Below the pieces are notes generated by a model. That model was not told the DNA's origin. It was given only the letters and a program-made list of their open reading frames with translations, and searched no databases. Below are positions 44,458 to 57,384 of a stretch of DNA of 64,000 nt, in pieces; within the stretch, counting starts at the first letter, position 1, and the number at the start of each line of letters is the position of its first letter. The position numbers were made by a program, and so were the translations under genes. The stretch covers positions 279,558,001 through 279,622,000 of the forward strand of contig OZ024743.1 in NCBI GenBank assembly GCA_964016885.1, written 5' to 3'. Origin of the DNA: Eledone cirrhosa (taxonomy: Eukaryota).

Positions 44458-47400
44458 TTATTATTAGCCACAAGGGCGCACAAGAAAAGGTGACAAAACA
44501 AAGACATGCCGGGGATTTTACATACAATGGTGTAAACAAATATTATAACAATCGAAATCCCCAATAGGGGGGAGGCGCCACAAATGGGTTGTTTAATACC
44601 CGGTCGATATAACAACCCTCAACTTCAGGAGCGTGTTGTGCATGTGCTCCCTTCTTCGTTTTGCTCTCTTCTTTAACCTACAGGCTTATAAACAGAGAAG
44701 GCCCAATCACTCGGGCCATTTTCGCTTCATTCACCCACCTTTCAGTAAATTTACTGGGGTGCAGTGCCTCTCTCTCCACTCTGATTCTTCTTCTAAAGTG
44801 ATACTTAAAGAAGGGAATCAATTGTTGTCCGGAGAGAAATGCATCTGTCCTCAGTCCTCTCAATCTCATCCACCATATAACCTCTTTCACCATAGCCACT
44901 GTACAGAGGAAAGCCGCTTCTCTTTCGTTTTTGAAAGAGGCTGGCGGTTTGGTCCTTACTATGGACTCGGCAATCAACTGGATTTGTCCCATACGCGACA
45001 GCAGTTGTTCTGCATAGTTCCAAAGGTCTCTTACGCACTGGCACTGAACAATTGTGCGTGCAAGACGGTTTCAATGTCCTGCTCGCATCTTGGGCACGTC
45101 CTCTTGGAAGGATCCCTGCCGGGGCGTCCGTACCTGTAGATATTGTCTCGAACGGGTAGCACTGCCAGGCCAGGGACCTCTGGAAGTTGTCCATAGGTCC
45201 CGGGCGGAAAGTCCTACCGAACAGACTGGTGAGCTCGTCGTCTTCGATGCCTAGAGTCTCCCCGAGCACGACGTCGCACTTGTAAAGTACTAACCCGCTA
45301 TAGAATGTCGAAGTGGAGTCTCCACTGATTCCTGTTCCCGCTTGATAGAGGACTGTGAGCACCTGAGCGCATTCAATATGCCAGGCGCCCATCTTCTTTG
45401 GTATTCGCTTGACCCAGGACTGCATCTCCGTCAGTGAGACAAGTTGTGGGAAGGCCTGTCTCATAAACGGTGCCCAGACAGGTTGGTCGATGTGGAATAC
45501 CTGGAGATGCCGTAGCCGCAGCGCATGTTTGCGCATCATTAGCCACGGCATGCCCAGCCCTCCGTTGCGAAGGTGTTGACAGCATACGGATCTCCTCACC
45601 AGTGGAGCTTGTTTCTTCCACAGGAACTGGAAGAGTATGCCTTCCATCTTGGTGAGGTATTCACGGGGACAAGGTACGACAGTCAAGCGGTAGTAGATGA
45701 CGGTCGCTATGAAAGTGTTCAACTGTTTCGCTCGACCTTCAAAGACAGTTTGCACTCTGCCCACTTCCGGGTGAACGCAAATACCTTGGCCATGACCTCG
45801 TTCCAGTTTTTCTGCACCTGGAGGTCTGGACGCAACCAGACCCCGAGCAATTTCACCGGTCCTTCCATCCAGCGTCTGACGACACTGTCGGACGGCATCA
45901 GTTTGCTTCTCCACGTACCGAGTTGCAAACCGACAGACTTGTCCGGGTTTAGTTTTGCTCCTGTGAACCTTTCGTATTCCTGTAGTAGGTTGCCGATTAC
46001 CTCGATTTCCGATGTTTTCGACACCATTACCGTCACGTCTGCAGAAACCGACGCCGCTTTTCGCAGTACCGGTTCTAAAGATATGCCCTGCAAAAGCTCC
46101 AACTTCCGCAGTAGTGGCTCTAGAGTCAATACGTACAGAATGGGGGAGAGAGGGCATCCCTGTCGTATAGAACGCGTAATTGCGAACGGCTCCGATAGGT
46201 AGCTGTTCACCTTGACCGTCGAGCAAATATTGGTATGCCTTGATCCAGCCTCTGAAAACGGGACCGAAACCGGCCGCCTTGAGAACCGCTTGCAAGTATC
46301 GATGGTCGACCCTATCGAATGCCTTAGACTGGTCTAAATTGATCAGAGCCCCACCGGAGCCGGGTTTACACCCCATCCTCTCTATGATGTATCGCATGAG
46401 GTGGAGGTTGTCGTGTATAGACCTGGTCGGGATTGCACACGTTTGCGCTTTCCCTACCAGGTTTTCAATGACAAGCGCCAGCCTCGTTGCTAGCACCTTG
46501 GCCAAAATCTTTAACTGTGTGTTGAGCAGATTTATGGACCTGAAGTTTTTAATTTCATCCCCCTTTTCCGAAACATGACAGTCACTCCCCCTCAACCTCT
46601 CGTCTTTCTTCATCAGCGTTACTACGCCCTTGCTTGCAGAACTGGGATCCTCCCGTTCTGCTACAAATTGCAGTAGCCGGCTTCGAGGACGCCAGAGAAC
46701 AAGTCCCGCATGCTTATGTAAAACTCATAGGGTAGACCATCTAGACCGGGGGTCTTGCGTTTCCCGCAGCGGCCCAGAGCGTCCCGTATCTCAGTGTCCA
46801 TGATCGGTCTTTCGCAGAAATCGGCGCCCTTGTTCGAGAGACGTGGCAGGCCCTCGAGGTATGAACTAAAGTCCATTGCCCCGTTCGGCTCACCGTTGTT
46901 CTGCTCAAACAGTCGCGCAAAGTGCTGCTGAAATGCCGCGCACAATTGCTTGGGGTCAAGTAGCACGCGTCCGTTTTGGTCTTTCAAAGACTGAATCGTG
47001 GACTTGTTGCCACTTTTCGCCTGCGCCACTCGAGCACAGCTTTCGCTCCTTCGTTTCCTAGAACACGCGTTTTGCTTCTGACCACACAGCCTTCGTGTTT
47101 CGCGTCGAAGAACTGGTCCAGTGCCGTTCTCGACGCTAACATTCTAGGCGCGTTTCCACTCCTAAGCGCCTCTTCTACCTTGGGTACTAGTTCTGTTTCT
47201 GATTTGTTTTTCGCTAAAGCTAATTCTCTGCTAAACCCTATCGATTCTACTCTAATTGCTCTCTTGAGAGAGTAGCACCATCTATTGTTGACGATGGCTC
47301 CCGTCAACTCTTGCTTAACTAATCTACTTATCCGTTCACTGTAGGCTTTTCGTGCCGGCAACGACACGTTCAGCCTCCAGTATCCGGGTCCTTGTCTATG

Positions 47401-49500
47401 TATTCTATCACGGTTGACTATGCAGACGACTAGTTTATGATCTGAATAGGCAACTATGTACATTTTTGGACAGCTTAACATCTACTTGTCCTTTTCTCTA
47501 ATGAAAAACCTAGATACGATCTAGATGTCTCGCTGCGGTTTGCCCACGTCCACTGTGGTGAAGTCGGGAAATCCAGTCGATACCTATCGGCCAGTTGGAA
47601 TTGGCCGATTAAAGTTTTGAGGCTGTTGCACCCCCCTCTACTGGGACATGATCATACATAGGCCACTCGTGCATCTAGGATACCATACCAGTCCCCCACT
47701 AAAAGAAAGGAGTGAGACGTTCCCAGAAAAGACTCTAGACGCTTAAAGAAGTCTGGCCGCAATTGGGATTGCCCGGTCGGGGCATAAACAGCCACCAGTC
47801 TGAAGGCTCCACTTCCAATACTGTTCACGTCTAGGACTACCAGTCTACCCTCCGGGTCCAAGTGTACATGCTGTACTTTGAGATCCAGGTTTTTCCGAAA
47901 CATGACAGTCACTCCCCTTCAACCTCCCGGCTGACAGAGAGATGCGTAGATCTCAAAGTCATTAAAGATGTGGGTTAGTTGCTGCCTGTTGTGGATCCTG
48001 GACTCAGTGATGGCTATTACAACTATACCGTGTGACCTAACGTCGTTTAAAAGTTGGCCCTGTTTCCAGGGCATCCCTAGGCCACGCACATTCACGCTTC
48101 CAACTCGTAAGTCAGCCATGTTGGTGGAGAAGTGTTGGTGAAAATGACGAAAAGGTGCACTTACCTTTTCGTTTCCTGGAGATCGGGTTGTCCAATTTCC
48201 ATTTCAGTTCTGGTGTGGGTGTTGAGTGGCGTGGGGAGACATTTCAACAGGACACGGTTTATTTGTTTTTGGCATGGGTTGCCAAAGTCCTGTTAAAACT
48301 GTTCTTTCAATTTCTGATAGGTTTCTATCGAAACCCTTATTAGTTTTAGGTGTGGTTGAGAGTCTGCTTTTACAAAAGTTTTCCCATCAGTTTCTACTTT
48401 GGGGTCTTGGGAGATGACCTCCATTAGGTTTTTTGTTTGTGTTAATGTATGTGTATTGTTGTTTTGTTTTTTTTTGTTATACTGTTTTGGTCTGTTGTTC
48501 ATTTTGTAGTTTTCTTTTTATGGTGGGCATTTGTGTTTGGGGTGGAGTTGGTTTTTGTTTTGCTAGTAGGTGGGGCTTTGATTTGGTGGTGTTTGTGTTG
48601 TTGTTTGTGTTGCTGGTTGTGTGTTCGTGTTGGTTATTGTTGTTTTTGTGGCTTTGTGGTGTCTCTTTTTTTGTTTTTTTTTTAATTTACGAGGCTCTCC
48701 TTCATCTTCACTTGGGGATGGAGACGTAGACTCGTCTGGTGATGAATCGTCAGGGGCGGGAGGGGGGGGGGGTATGTTGTGTGGTGATGGTGTGTTTGTG
48801 TGTGTGATTGATTGTGGTAGTGTTGGATGGAGTGGGATCGGTGGGACTGTGTTTTTCAGGGGTATTGTTTGTGTTTTTTCTGTTGTTTGTGGTTGAACAG
48901 TTGTTTGTTTTTGTGTGTTTGCTTGTTTTGTGTTGTTGTGGGTTTGGAGTTGGTGTTGGTAAAAGTAATTTTTGGGGGTGGTGGTGTTTGTTCGTAAGAG
49001 GGGACAGGAGGCCTCTAAAAGCTATGTGCTTGCGCATTTAAAACAATGTGGCCTCCCCTCTTCTGCCGAAATCTGTATATAGTTTGTATTGTCTACTGGC
49101 ACCCTTTCTGGTATCATGGAAATTCTGTCCGGTTTCATTTGGACCAAAATTTTCAAGTTTGTGCCGTTCCAGGTGTTTCTAGTAGATTATTGAATCGACA
49201 GTATTGTGTCTTCATCCTCTTCCAAGAACCCTGCCAGAATCCACCAGATATTAATGTTGGGTGGCATATTGGGGATGTTTATTCTTTGTGTTCTTTTTCC
49301 CATGTATGTAGGGAAAAAGGTGTGTGTGGAAGAGGTAACTGGGGTCACTGAGTATATTTTCGCAAGCGCCTCACTTTTGAAGAACACCGATTGCAACATT
49401 CCTATAGTATGCGTTCATTTCATCTATTTCATGAAGGTTTGTGTGGCTTGATAATATTGTATATGCTACTGTCGTAATAAAAGATATGTTTGTCCCAAGA
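44458..49500 (-). mobile_element. Near full-length L1/Tx1-clade LINE (ORF1 partial plus ORF2), frameshifted
   Basis: ORF1 has an RRM-like region and a decayed zinc knuckle GRPHCFKC. ORF2 motifs as listed in the next feature. The 3' end is aataataaa followed by (TCTA)n. Confidence 0.92.
44640..48119 (-). pseudogene. LINE ORF2 (APE endonuclease plus reverse transcriptase), multiple frameshifts
   Basis: MADLRVGSVNVRGL, VYAP, GDW, SDHK, GPGYWRLN, KTPGLDGLPYEFY, NFRSINLLN, LDQSKAFDRVDH, RQGCPLSP and GGLGMP. Confidence 0.92.
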
Positions 49501-50615
49501 AGCAGGTCCAGTGCTTATCCCTGGTTATATTTATCGCCAGTGTTAAGTTACTGAGAGTACAATACTACGCTCTGGACAAGCCTCTATCCTCATTTACTCA
49601 TGTTCACTTACGTGTACAGCGGAAACGGTGAATTGAGTGTTTTGATCCAAAACACAACACACCACCTGGTCTAGAAAGCGTACCCTTGACATTCACTACT
49701 AGGCCACGTCGTAATACAAAACTATCATGTGTGTGTGCGCGAACATATGACAATTAAACTAATGGATTCTTCTATTCGAAACTTATACAAATATACTGCA
49801 GGCACATGCACCCACTCACTCATACAAATATACATATATACATTATCATACACAAATATACTTACATACATACATAAATACATAAATACATACATACATG
49901 CATGCATATATACATACATATATATACACATACATACATGACATGATGGCTGCCCCTTCGTTATCGACTATGGCCATTGCACGATATACAATTATTAATA
50001 ATTATTAATTAATTCCATCGTGCAATGCCTGTGCGTGAAGATATTTTTTAAAGTAAGGAAAGACTGTGCACTGAGCCAAACCCACTCTCTTGGCGACAGT
50101 AGCTATAACCCGAAAAGAAGTAAATATCAACATCCTCGGTAACTACTGAGCTGCAGGTTTTATGTCAGAGTTAACTCAGTTTCCTGAGTTGCCTTCTTCT
50201 AGAAGAATGCCCTGACAAAGGCTAGGGTCCTTCACTCCCAGTGTTTTAACAGCACGGTCGGATGTACAGCCCGACTATTTCTATGTCCCCGCGCATATAC
50301 ATACACACATGTATATGCACATATACATACATATGTACATGTGTATATACATATTTACACATTTTTGGATGGCCGTTGACTCTTATAAGTTCTTCCGCCC
50401 TTTGTTAGGTTTTGTTTTCTGTCCTGCAGGCTGTCCAAAATCACCTCCTCACCAAGTAAAGTTGGAGAGGATGCCGGTTTAGTCGCCGACGAACCGACCA
50501 TGCGACAGGTTATACTGAGTTACATGTTAGCAGTAGCACACAAGAGTGACTCGACATAACATACGTCGTACTTACATACATACATTCATACATACGTGTA
50601 TTCTTACATACGTGT

Positions 50616-50640
<25 letters not shown>

Positions 50641-50650
<10 letters not shown>

Positions 50651-50896
50651 TGATAAGAGGAATTCCAACTTTGTCTGATTTACTCGTTTTATTTACAATC
50701 CTTTGAAATATATAATGGTATTATAATGAAATAGTATGATAGAATATTAAATTCTAAGTGTTAATTGAACAAGTTTAACACTTAGAATTTAATATTCTAT
50801 CATACTATTTCATTATAATACCATTATATATTTTAAAGGATTGTAAATAAAACGAGTAAATCAGACAAAGTTGGAATTCCTCTTATTAATATAATA
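50641..50896. repeat. ~255-bp foldback palindrome
   Basis: Arms are reverse-complementary around attgaacaagtt (~50769). The following tail ctatac-aatcatacacacccgtgtatattta also occurs at 20282. Confidence 0.93.
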
Positions 50897-51607
50897 TTCT
50901 ATACACAATCATACACACCCGTGTATATTTACCTATCTATATCTATATATAAATATATATATACACACACACTTGACCTGGAGAAAATACGCTAGTGTTG
51001 TATGAAGTGATAATATTCGCCATTATCGTATGGTATAGCAACTGTCGAATCTCCAACGATAGAATAGTCTTAATTTAGATAAACTGTTGTCTATATTCTC
51101 ATTCGAAGAACTTTTATTTTGTAGGGGAAAACGTCAATTTTCTCCGAAGCTTTTAATCACAATTTGAACTATTATGGTTTCTCTGCCATGATTTCCCTTG
51201 TACCAATTCTAGAACTCATTAAATGAAATATAAGAGTAAGAACGGGCTATTTCCTGTTAATAATTATGCCTCGTAGTCTATTGTTGATCTGAATGTTGTT
51301 GATTTTGTTTAACCCTAGTCAGGCATGATCGAATATAAATATGATGAGTGGCATTCCAGTCGAAACCATACATTCTCTATTTAGATATAACGTTTCCAGG
51401 AGTACATTATCGAACGAATCCTTCCATGGGTTAGAATTGTACTTAATGGCAATTTCGTTGCTATTTCTAGCATGTTGGAAGATTATCCTTCTTTCATTGA
51501 ATAATTGAATATTTGTAAACTCTAGTATAGGATTCAGATCTATATACAGGCATACATACACATATACACACACACACACACATACACACACACATATATA
51601 TATATAT

Positions 51608-52755
51608 AATAACTAGAAATTGATTAACATATAAATAAACATGAATAATCACAGGAGATAATTTTTACAAATGTGTAACCACACATAGCTAGGTAGGTAA
51701 CTAAATAAAGTTGACCAGAATTTCAAAAATAGATACCTTATAATATGATTAATCTTCCCTGTATATATTCCATTAAAGAAATATATTTCACCAATTAATC
51801 GGATGGTAAACCACGGAAGTGGAGACTTGGATTTTCAACAAGGAAGAAGTTCCAGCGATCCGTGTTTACACTTCAAGTTCAAATCAGCGACTGGCCAGTA
51901 ACACCTGCTATATTTACTAGGAATACACACATCATACTAGCTTCGTCCAAGTAGCTTGAATAGGGATATCGACAACTAGAAACAGCAGTCGAGTCCATTC
52001 AACAGAGTTAGCTCTACAATTAAGGAGCCGTATTTATATATCTATATCCAAAATTAAGATGAATCAAATGAATTTAATCTAAATCAAAATTATGGGTGTC
52101 ATGCCAGAAAGACATGCGCCATATCACCTGCAAAATAAGCTCTAAGATTCTAACGAATAGGTCCGAGCATTTTATAATAACTAGAAATTGATTAACATAT
52201 AAATAAACATGAATAATCTGTTGAATGGACTCGACTGCTGTTTCTAGTTGTAGATAACCCTATTCACGCCACTGGGACGAAGCTTGTATGATGTGTGTAT
52301 TTCTAGTAAATATAGCACGTGTTACTGGCCAGTCGCTGATTTGAACTTGAAGTGTAAACACGGATCGCTGGAACTTCTTCCTTGTTGAAAATCCAAGTCT
52401 CCACTTCCGTGGTTTACCATCCGATTAATTGGTGAAATATATTTCTTTAATGGAATATATACAGGGAAGATTAATCATATTATAAGGTATCTATTTTTGA
52501 AGTTCTGGTCAACTTTATTTAGTTACCTACCTAGCTATGTGTCGTTACACACTTGTAAAAATTATCTCCTGTGATTATTCATGTTTATTTATATGTTAAT
52601 CAATTTCTAGTTATTATAAAATGCTCGGACCTACTCGTTAGAATCTTAGAGCTTATTTTGCGGGTGATATGGCGCATGTATTTCTGGCATGACATCCATA
52701 ATTTTGATTTAGATTAAATTCATTTGATTCATCTTAATTTTGGATATAGATATAT
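51608..52755. repeat. 1.15-kb compound inverted/tandem repeat (A-B-x-D-A-B'-A'-D')
   Basis: 51608-52004 inverts 52218-52614, 52036-52178 inverts 52612-52755, and block A repeats directly at 51609 and 52178. Confidence 0.9.
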
Positions 52756-52872
52756 ATATATTTATATGAATGTATATATAGTGTATTTTGCAATACACTG
52801 AATGCTTAATTAAAAGCATTTTTAAGACCTTACGCTATTGTTTTAAAGTAGTGACTATGTCACTTACTTCTT

Positions 52873-52972
52873 TTTTCAACAAACAAAGGGAGATAAGCTG
52901 ACAGATCGCTGTTTCCTAGTTTCCTACTGTTGGTATTCCCCAGAGCTTAGCACTCCCCTTGTTTGAGGAAAA
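52873..52972 (-). ncRNA. Hammerhead, mutated copy of 53371-53462
   Basis: taagct CTGGGGA ata..tag GAAAC (8-nt duplication) ag cgat ct GTC agctta. Confidence 0.7.
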
Positions 52973-53370
52973 TTATGGATGCTGGATTCTTATAGAATTC
53001 CAGTAATAATCAGGAACTGATTATCCAGGGCGGTTGCCGGTCCAGCAAAAATCGAAAATTAGAATTGTTGCTCTGAAATAGCGATATATATATATGAATG
53101 TGTATATACAGTGTATTTTGCAATACACTGTATGCTTAATTAGTCACTATGTTAATGCATAGACACTACTTTAAAACAATAGCGTAAGGTCTTCAAAATA
53201 CTTTTAATTAAGCATACAGTGTATTGCAAAATACACTATATATACATTCATATATATATCGCTATTTCAGAGAACCAATTCTAATTTTCAGTTTTTGCTG
53301 GACACGCAACAGCTCTGTATAATCACTTCCTGATTATTACTCGAGGTCTATAAGAATCCAACATTCATAA

Positions 53371-53462
53371 TTTTCAACAAACAAGGGGAGTGCTAAGCTC
53401 TGAGGAATAACAGCAGTATGAAACAGAGATCTATCAGCTTATCTCCCTTTGTTTGTTGAAAA
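53371..53462 (+). ncRNA. Type I hammerhead ribozyme with a very long bulged stem I
   Basis: ttttcaacaaacaaggggag tgc taagct CTGAGGA ata acagcag tat GAAAC ag agat ct ATC agctta t ctccctttgtttgttgaaaa. Confidence 0.85.
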
Positions 53463-53599
53463 AAGAAGTAAGTGACATAGACACTACTTTTAAACAATAG
53501 TGTAAGGTCTTCAAAATGTTTTTAATTAAGCATTCAGTGTATTGCAAAATACACTATATATACATTCATATATATATCGCTATTTCAGAGCGCCAATTC

Positions 53600-53692
<93 letters not shown>

Positions 53693-53693
<1 letters not shown>

Positions 53694-53811
53694 ATAATTG
53701 TTTCTACGTTAGGCACAAGGCCAGCAATTATCCAGTGCATTACTGGTACTTTATTTTATCGACACAGTAAGGATGAAAGGCAAAGTCAACCTCGGCGGGA
53801 TTTGAACTCAG
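53693..53811 (-). mobile_element. SINE family A, truncated copy
   Basis: Matches the family consensus in reverse. Confidence 0.85.
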
Positions 53812-54002
53812 ATACACAATTATGATAATTAAGTAACACAGAATCAGTTTTGCATCTTATACGTATTTAATCACATATTACAACTGCCGATCAGCTCAGG
53901 GTTCGATCGAGTATGTTCGTTCAGATATGTGCTTACACATGTAGACTCACACCCACATCTTTTATTGATACTCTGCTTCCCAATAGCATCAAGTGCTTAT
54001 CA

Positions 54003-54180
54003 CATGTTGTTGAAGTGGGTTTTACTCCGCCAATACATCGATATGTCCAGCTCCTGGTTGTTTTGTTATTTCTCTAAGGAACTGGAATCATATCATTGCA
54101 GTTCCTCAGAGAAATAACAACGCAACCAGGAGATGGACATATCGGAGTATTGACGGAGTAAAACACACTTCAACAACATG
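54003..54180. repeat. ~180-bp imperfect palindrome directly upstream of a hammerhead
   Basis: catgttgttgaagtg...gaactg / cagttc...cacttcaacaacatg. Confidence 0.9.
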
Positions 54181-54208
54181 TATACCTGTCTCTCCCACAC
54201 TAATTGGG

Positions 54209-54263
54209 ACTGCCTGAAGAGGTCACAGCCAATGATGGCTGTCACCGAAATATATATAGCAGT
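54209..54263 (+). ncRNA. Type I hammerhead ribozyme
   Basis: actgc CTGAAGA ggt c acagcca atga tggctgt c acc GAAA tatata TA gcagt. Confidence 0.9.
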
Positions 54264-54886
54264 ATATCTATAATTTATAATAAACGAAGCCAAATTTTAC
54301 ATATTTGACTTAATTATTTATTTATATATATATATAGTTATAATAGTGACATATACAGGTACTTAAGTTTCGTTGGGTTATACCGACCACCCACCAACCC
54401 TTACACATTCAGCCTAAAATAAAAATGACTACCTCCATATGTTGATTTCAGTTTTTTAGGAAATTTACGAGTGTTCTTTAATGGAATGTAATTTCGAATT
54501 TAGCTATAAATATACAAATCGTTTAGGTAATGTAAATGGAGGTAACTATAAAAAAAACAACACAAAAGGGGAACTTGTGCAAAGTTAGTAATACTAAGAA
54601 ATAAGATTCCTTGAAATGGAATCTGTTAGTCTGGTCTATACCATATTCTCAGAATCAATTTCGCCTCATGTGGTCGGCGACTACTAAACATACCGTATAT
54701 ACTTAGCTAAACGAGATTCCCATTCATGTATCTATACAGCTTTGCCAAAGTTAAAGTTTAATTCTACCTTCAAGTTGAGCCAACTTATAGAAGTTCATAG
54801 GCAAATGTGGTTAATCAGCCCACCTATACAGGAGGAAAAACTATATATTTTCGCCTGTTTCACTTTACAACAGAGAGTAGGGAAGC

Positions 54887-54930
54887 ACTATCCTGATGAG
54901 ACAGAGAAGTTCGAAATGCGTTTAGATAGT
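54887..54930 (+). ncRNA. Type I hammerhead ribozyme, slightly decayed
   Basis: actatc CTGATGA gacagagaagttc GAAA tgcgt TTA gatagt, with a 6-bp stem I. Confidence 0.7.
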
Positions 54931-55079
54931 TGTCCCCCGCTGCTTGTGCTCTAATCGGCTAGACTGCGTTAGACGTCAAAGTTTAAATATTCATAGCTGG
55001 GCTATCGAAATATGTATTTATTAATCATAGGGTGTATCTTTTAATAGACTAAATTCACATGTATAAAGCTATGCCGTAG

Positions 55080-55196
<117 letters not shown>

Positions 55197-55779
55197 GTTT
55201 CTGAAAGTCACTAATGCAGTTTCAGTGATATCCAGCCATGCCACACTCATTCAATAAATCAATAATATTGCAGTTGGGAAAGTGCATCTTGTAGTTCAGA
55301 GTGCACTCATAATAGTTAAATAGCAAGTACAATGGCTGTGTTTTGGTAATGGTATGTTATGTAACTAGCTCATGGAGAGATTCCGTTTCTGTACAATATT
55401 CTGCCCATCAATGGCTATTAAAACTGCAATGTGTACAAAATTGGGTATTATCGGCAGATATTACGAAATCGGGCAGTTGCACGTCCTCAGCAGGTTAACT
55501 CTCCACTCAATATATAGATCATTTGTGTGTGCATACTAACGCGTATTGCTCTGGTAATAGATCAATCAGTTCTACGCTATCATGACTCGTGACCTCTAAA
55601 CAAAATAGAGGAAGACCGTTGTATGAGAAAAAATACCTTTTGTTGGGTAAATTCAATATATATATATGTGTGTGTGTGTGTGTGTACGTGTGTGTGTGTG
55701 CGTGTCATTGTGTGCGTGTGTAAGTTTATGTGTGCGTGTGTCTAAATATATATATATATATTATTATGATTCATACATG

Positions 55780-56290
55780 TAACATGTATTGCCCTACCTT
55801 AGGTTTTAAGACGAGTCGTCAACTGCAGTCTGCATATATTGGAGCAAAATGCATGAAGCAGTGATGCAACTCTTAGAAATAATTCATTAAGTGGAGAATG
55901 AAAATCTGGACAAGATCTCGGATTGAAATCTCATGTGGACAGGGGCCATAACCCGGACGAATTTTGATCCATTTTCTAAGGGATGAAACTCTTGTTTAAT
56001 AATGCAAATGAATGTGATGTTGGGTCTGTGTGTTCGGATTATTGCCGATAATTCCAATCAATTTATAGTACGGTGTATATTAGGAAAAAGATTGACATGC
56101 AGTATATAATGTTAATGTGTTGGAATTATTGTGGTTATAGCATATCTGTTTGTGATATCTCTATGTCCAGCCAGAAGCTTTTCCCTGATGAAAGTAAGTG
56201 TCTCTTGAGTTGTAAGTATACGTAAAGACCTCTTTATGTTCGGTTCAGGTATATTTTCAATGACTTAAAACATTCTAGAATCCTGGATTA
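55780..56290 (-). pseudogene. Possible decayed Penelope-like RT remnant
   Basis: Minus-strand scraps VNLFPNI and VDD at plausible spacing. No ORF. Confidence 0.25.
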
Positions 56291-56301
56291 TAATACCACT
56301 C

Positions 56302-56374
<73 letters not shown>

Positions 56375-56375
<1 letters not shown>

Positions 56376-57372
56376 TAGCCGAATTACCCGCGCCTTGCTG
56401 CGTTTCACACATGTGAGAAAATGATGATTGATTTTAAATCAGTGATATAATTTATGGGGAAAAACTCTCCATTACAATATTCATCGATGTAAAATGTAAT
56501 GCATGAAACATTGGAAAACATTATTTTTTGTAATATATCAAATCAAAATTACACTATTATTTTGTTTTTTGTAAATAATTTTTTTTGTAAATAATGTTTT
56601 TCAAAATATCACTTCAAAACTTTGTGAATAGGCATCATATCTTGTCATTTAACTATGGTTTAAATTTCATATAAATCGAAGGGAACAACTTTTCACCGGG
56701 GGTTTTGGGCCTCCGGGGAACTTAATAGGGGATTTAGCTCCCATTAGGTTGTCTTAATATTATTGAAATTTACTGAAATTTCGTGAATATGCATCATATC
56801 TTACATTATTAAATTTTATTCTTACATCATATCGTACATTATTAATAAGCTTACATTATTAGAATTGGCAGTATCGGTAGAGGGTTGGACGCCATGCTTT
56901 CTAGCATAGTTACGTCCCTTTACAGTCTGAGTTCAAATCCCGCCGATGTTAACTTTGCCTTTCATCCTTACAGGGTCGATAAAATAAAGTACCAGTAATG
57001 TACTGGGTAATTGCTGGCCTTGTGCATAAAGTAGAAACAATTATTAAATAATCTTACATTATTAAATATTATTCTTATTTTGTTTCTTGTAAATAACATT
57101 TTTCAAAATATCAATTCAAAACTTTGTGAATAGGCATCATATCTTGTCATTTAACTATGGTTTAAATTTCATATAAATCGAAGGGAAAAAACCTTTCAGC
57201 GGGGGTTTTGGACCCCCGAGGAACCCTTTCATTAAAATGAAATATACTTATCCAAGTACCCTGGGCAATGTAGTTTAAGAATATATATGGTTATGGCGGT
57301 CTTTCTCCAAAACCATAGGAGGAGTTCATGAACAAACACACAAACAAACAAACAAACAGGAATACACCTTTA
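56375..57372 (-). mobile_element. Non-autonomous Helitron, copy 2, with an internal duplication and a nested SINE
   Basis: Minus-strand 3' end cgcagcaaggcgcgggtaattcggCTAG|T and 5' (tgtt)n. 56555-56720 is repeated at ~57075-57222. Confidence 0.75.
56864..57046 (+). mobile_element. SINE family A, full-length copy nested in the Helitron
   Basis: Head ttggcagtatcggtagag, B-box gttcaaatccc and tail aattatt. Confidence 0.9.
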
Positions 57373-57384
57373 TATATATATATA

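Larger units (their letters stand above)
52764..53603. mobile_element. Retrozyme-like array: ~318-nt monomers in head-to-head orientation
   Basis: 53158-53285 recurs at 53476-53603. 52764-53142 is the same monomer in reverse. One hammerhead per monomer. Confidence 0.88.

Noticed and set aside
44633-47275. Plus-strand ORFs of 60-209 aa
   Set aside because: Antisense shadows of the minus-strand LINE ORF2.
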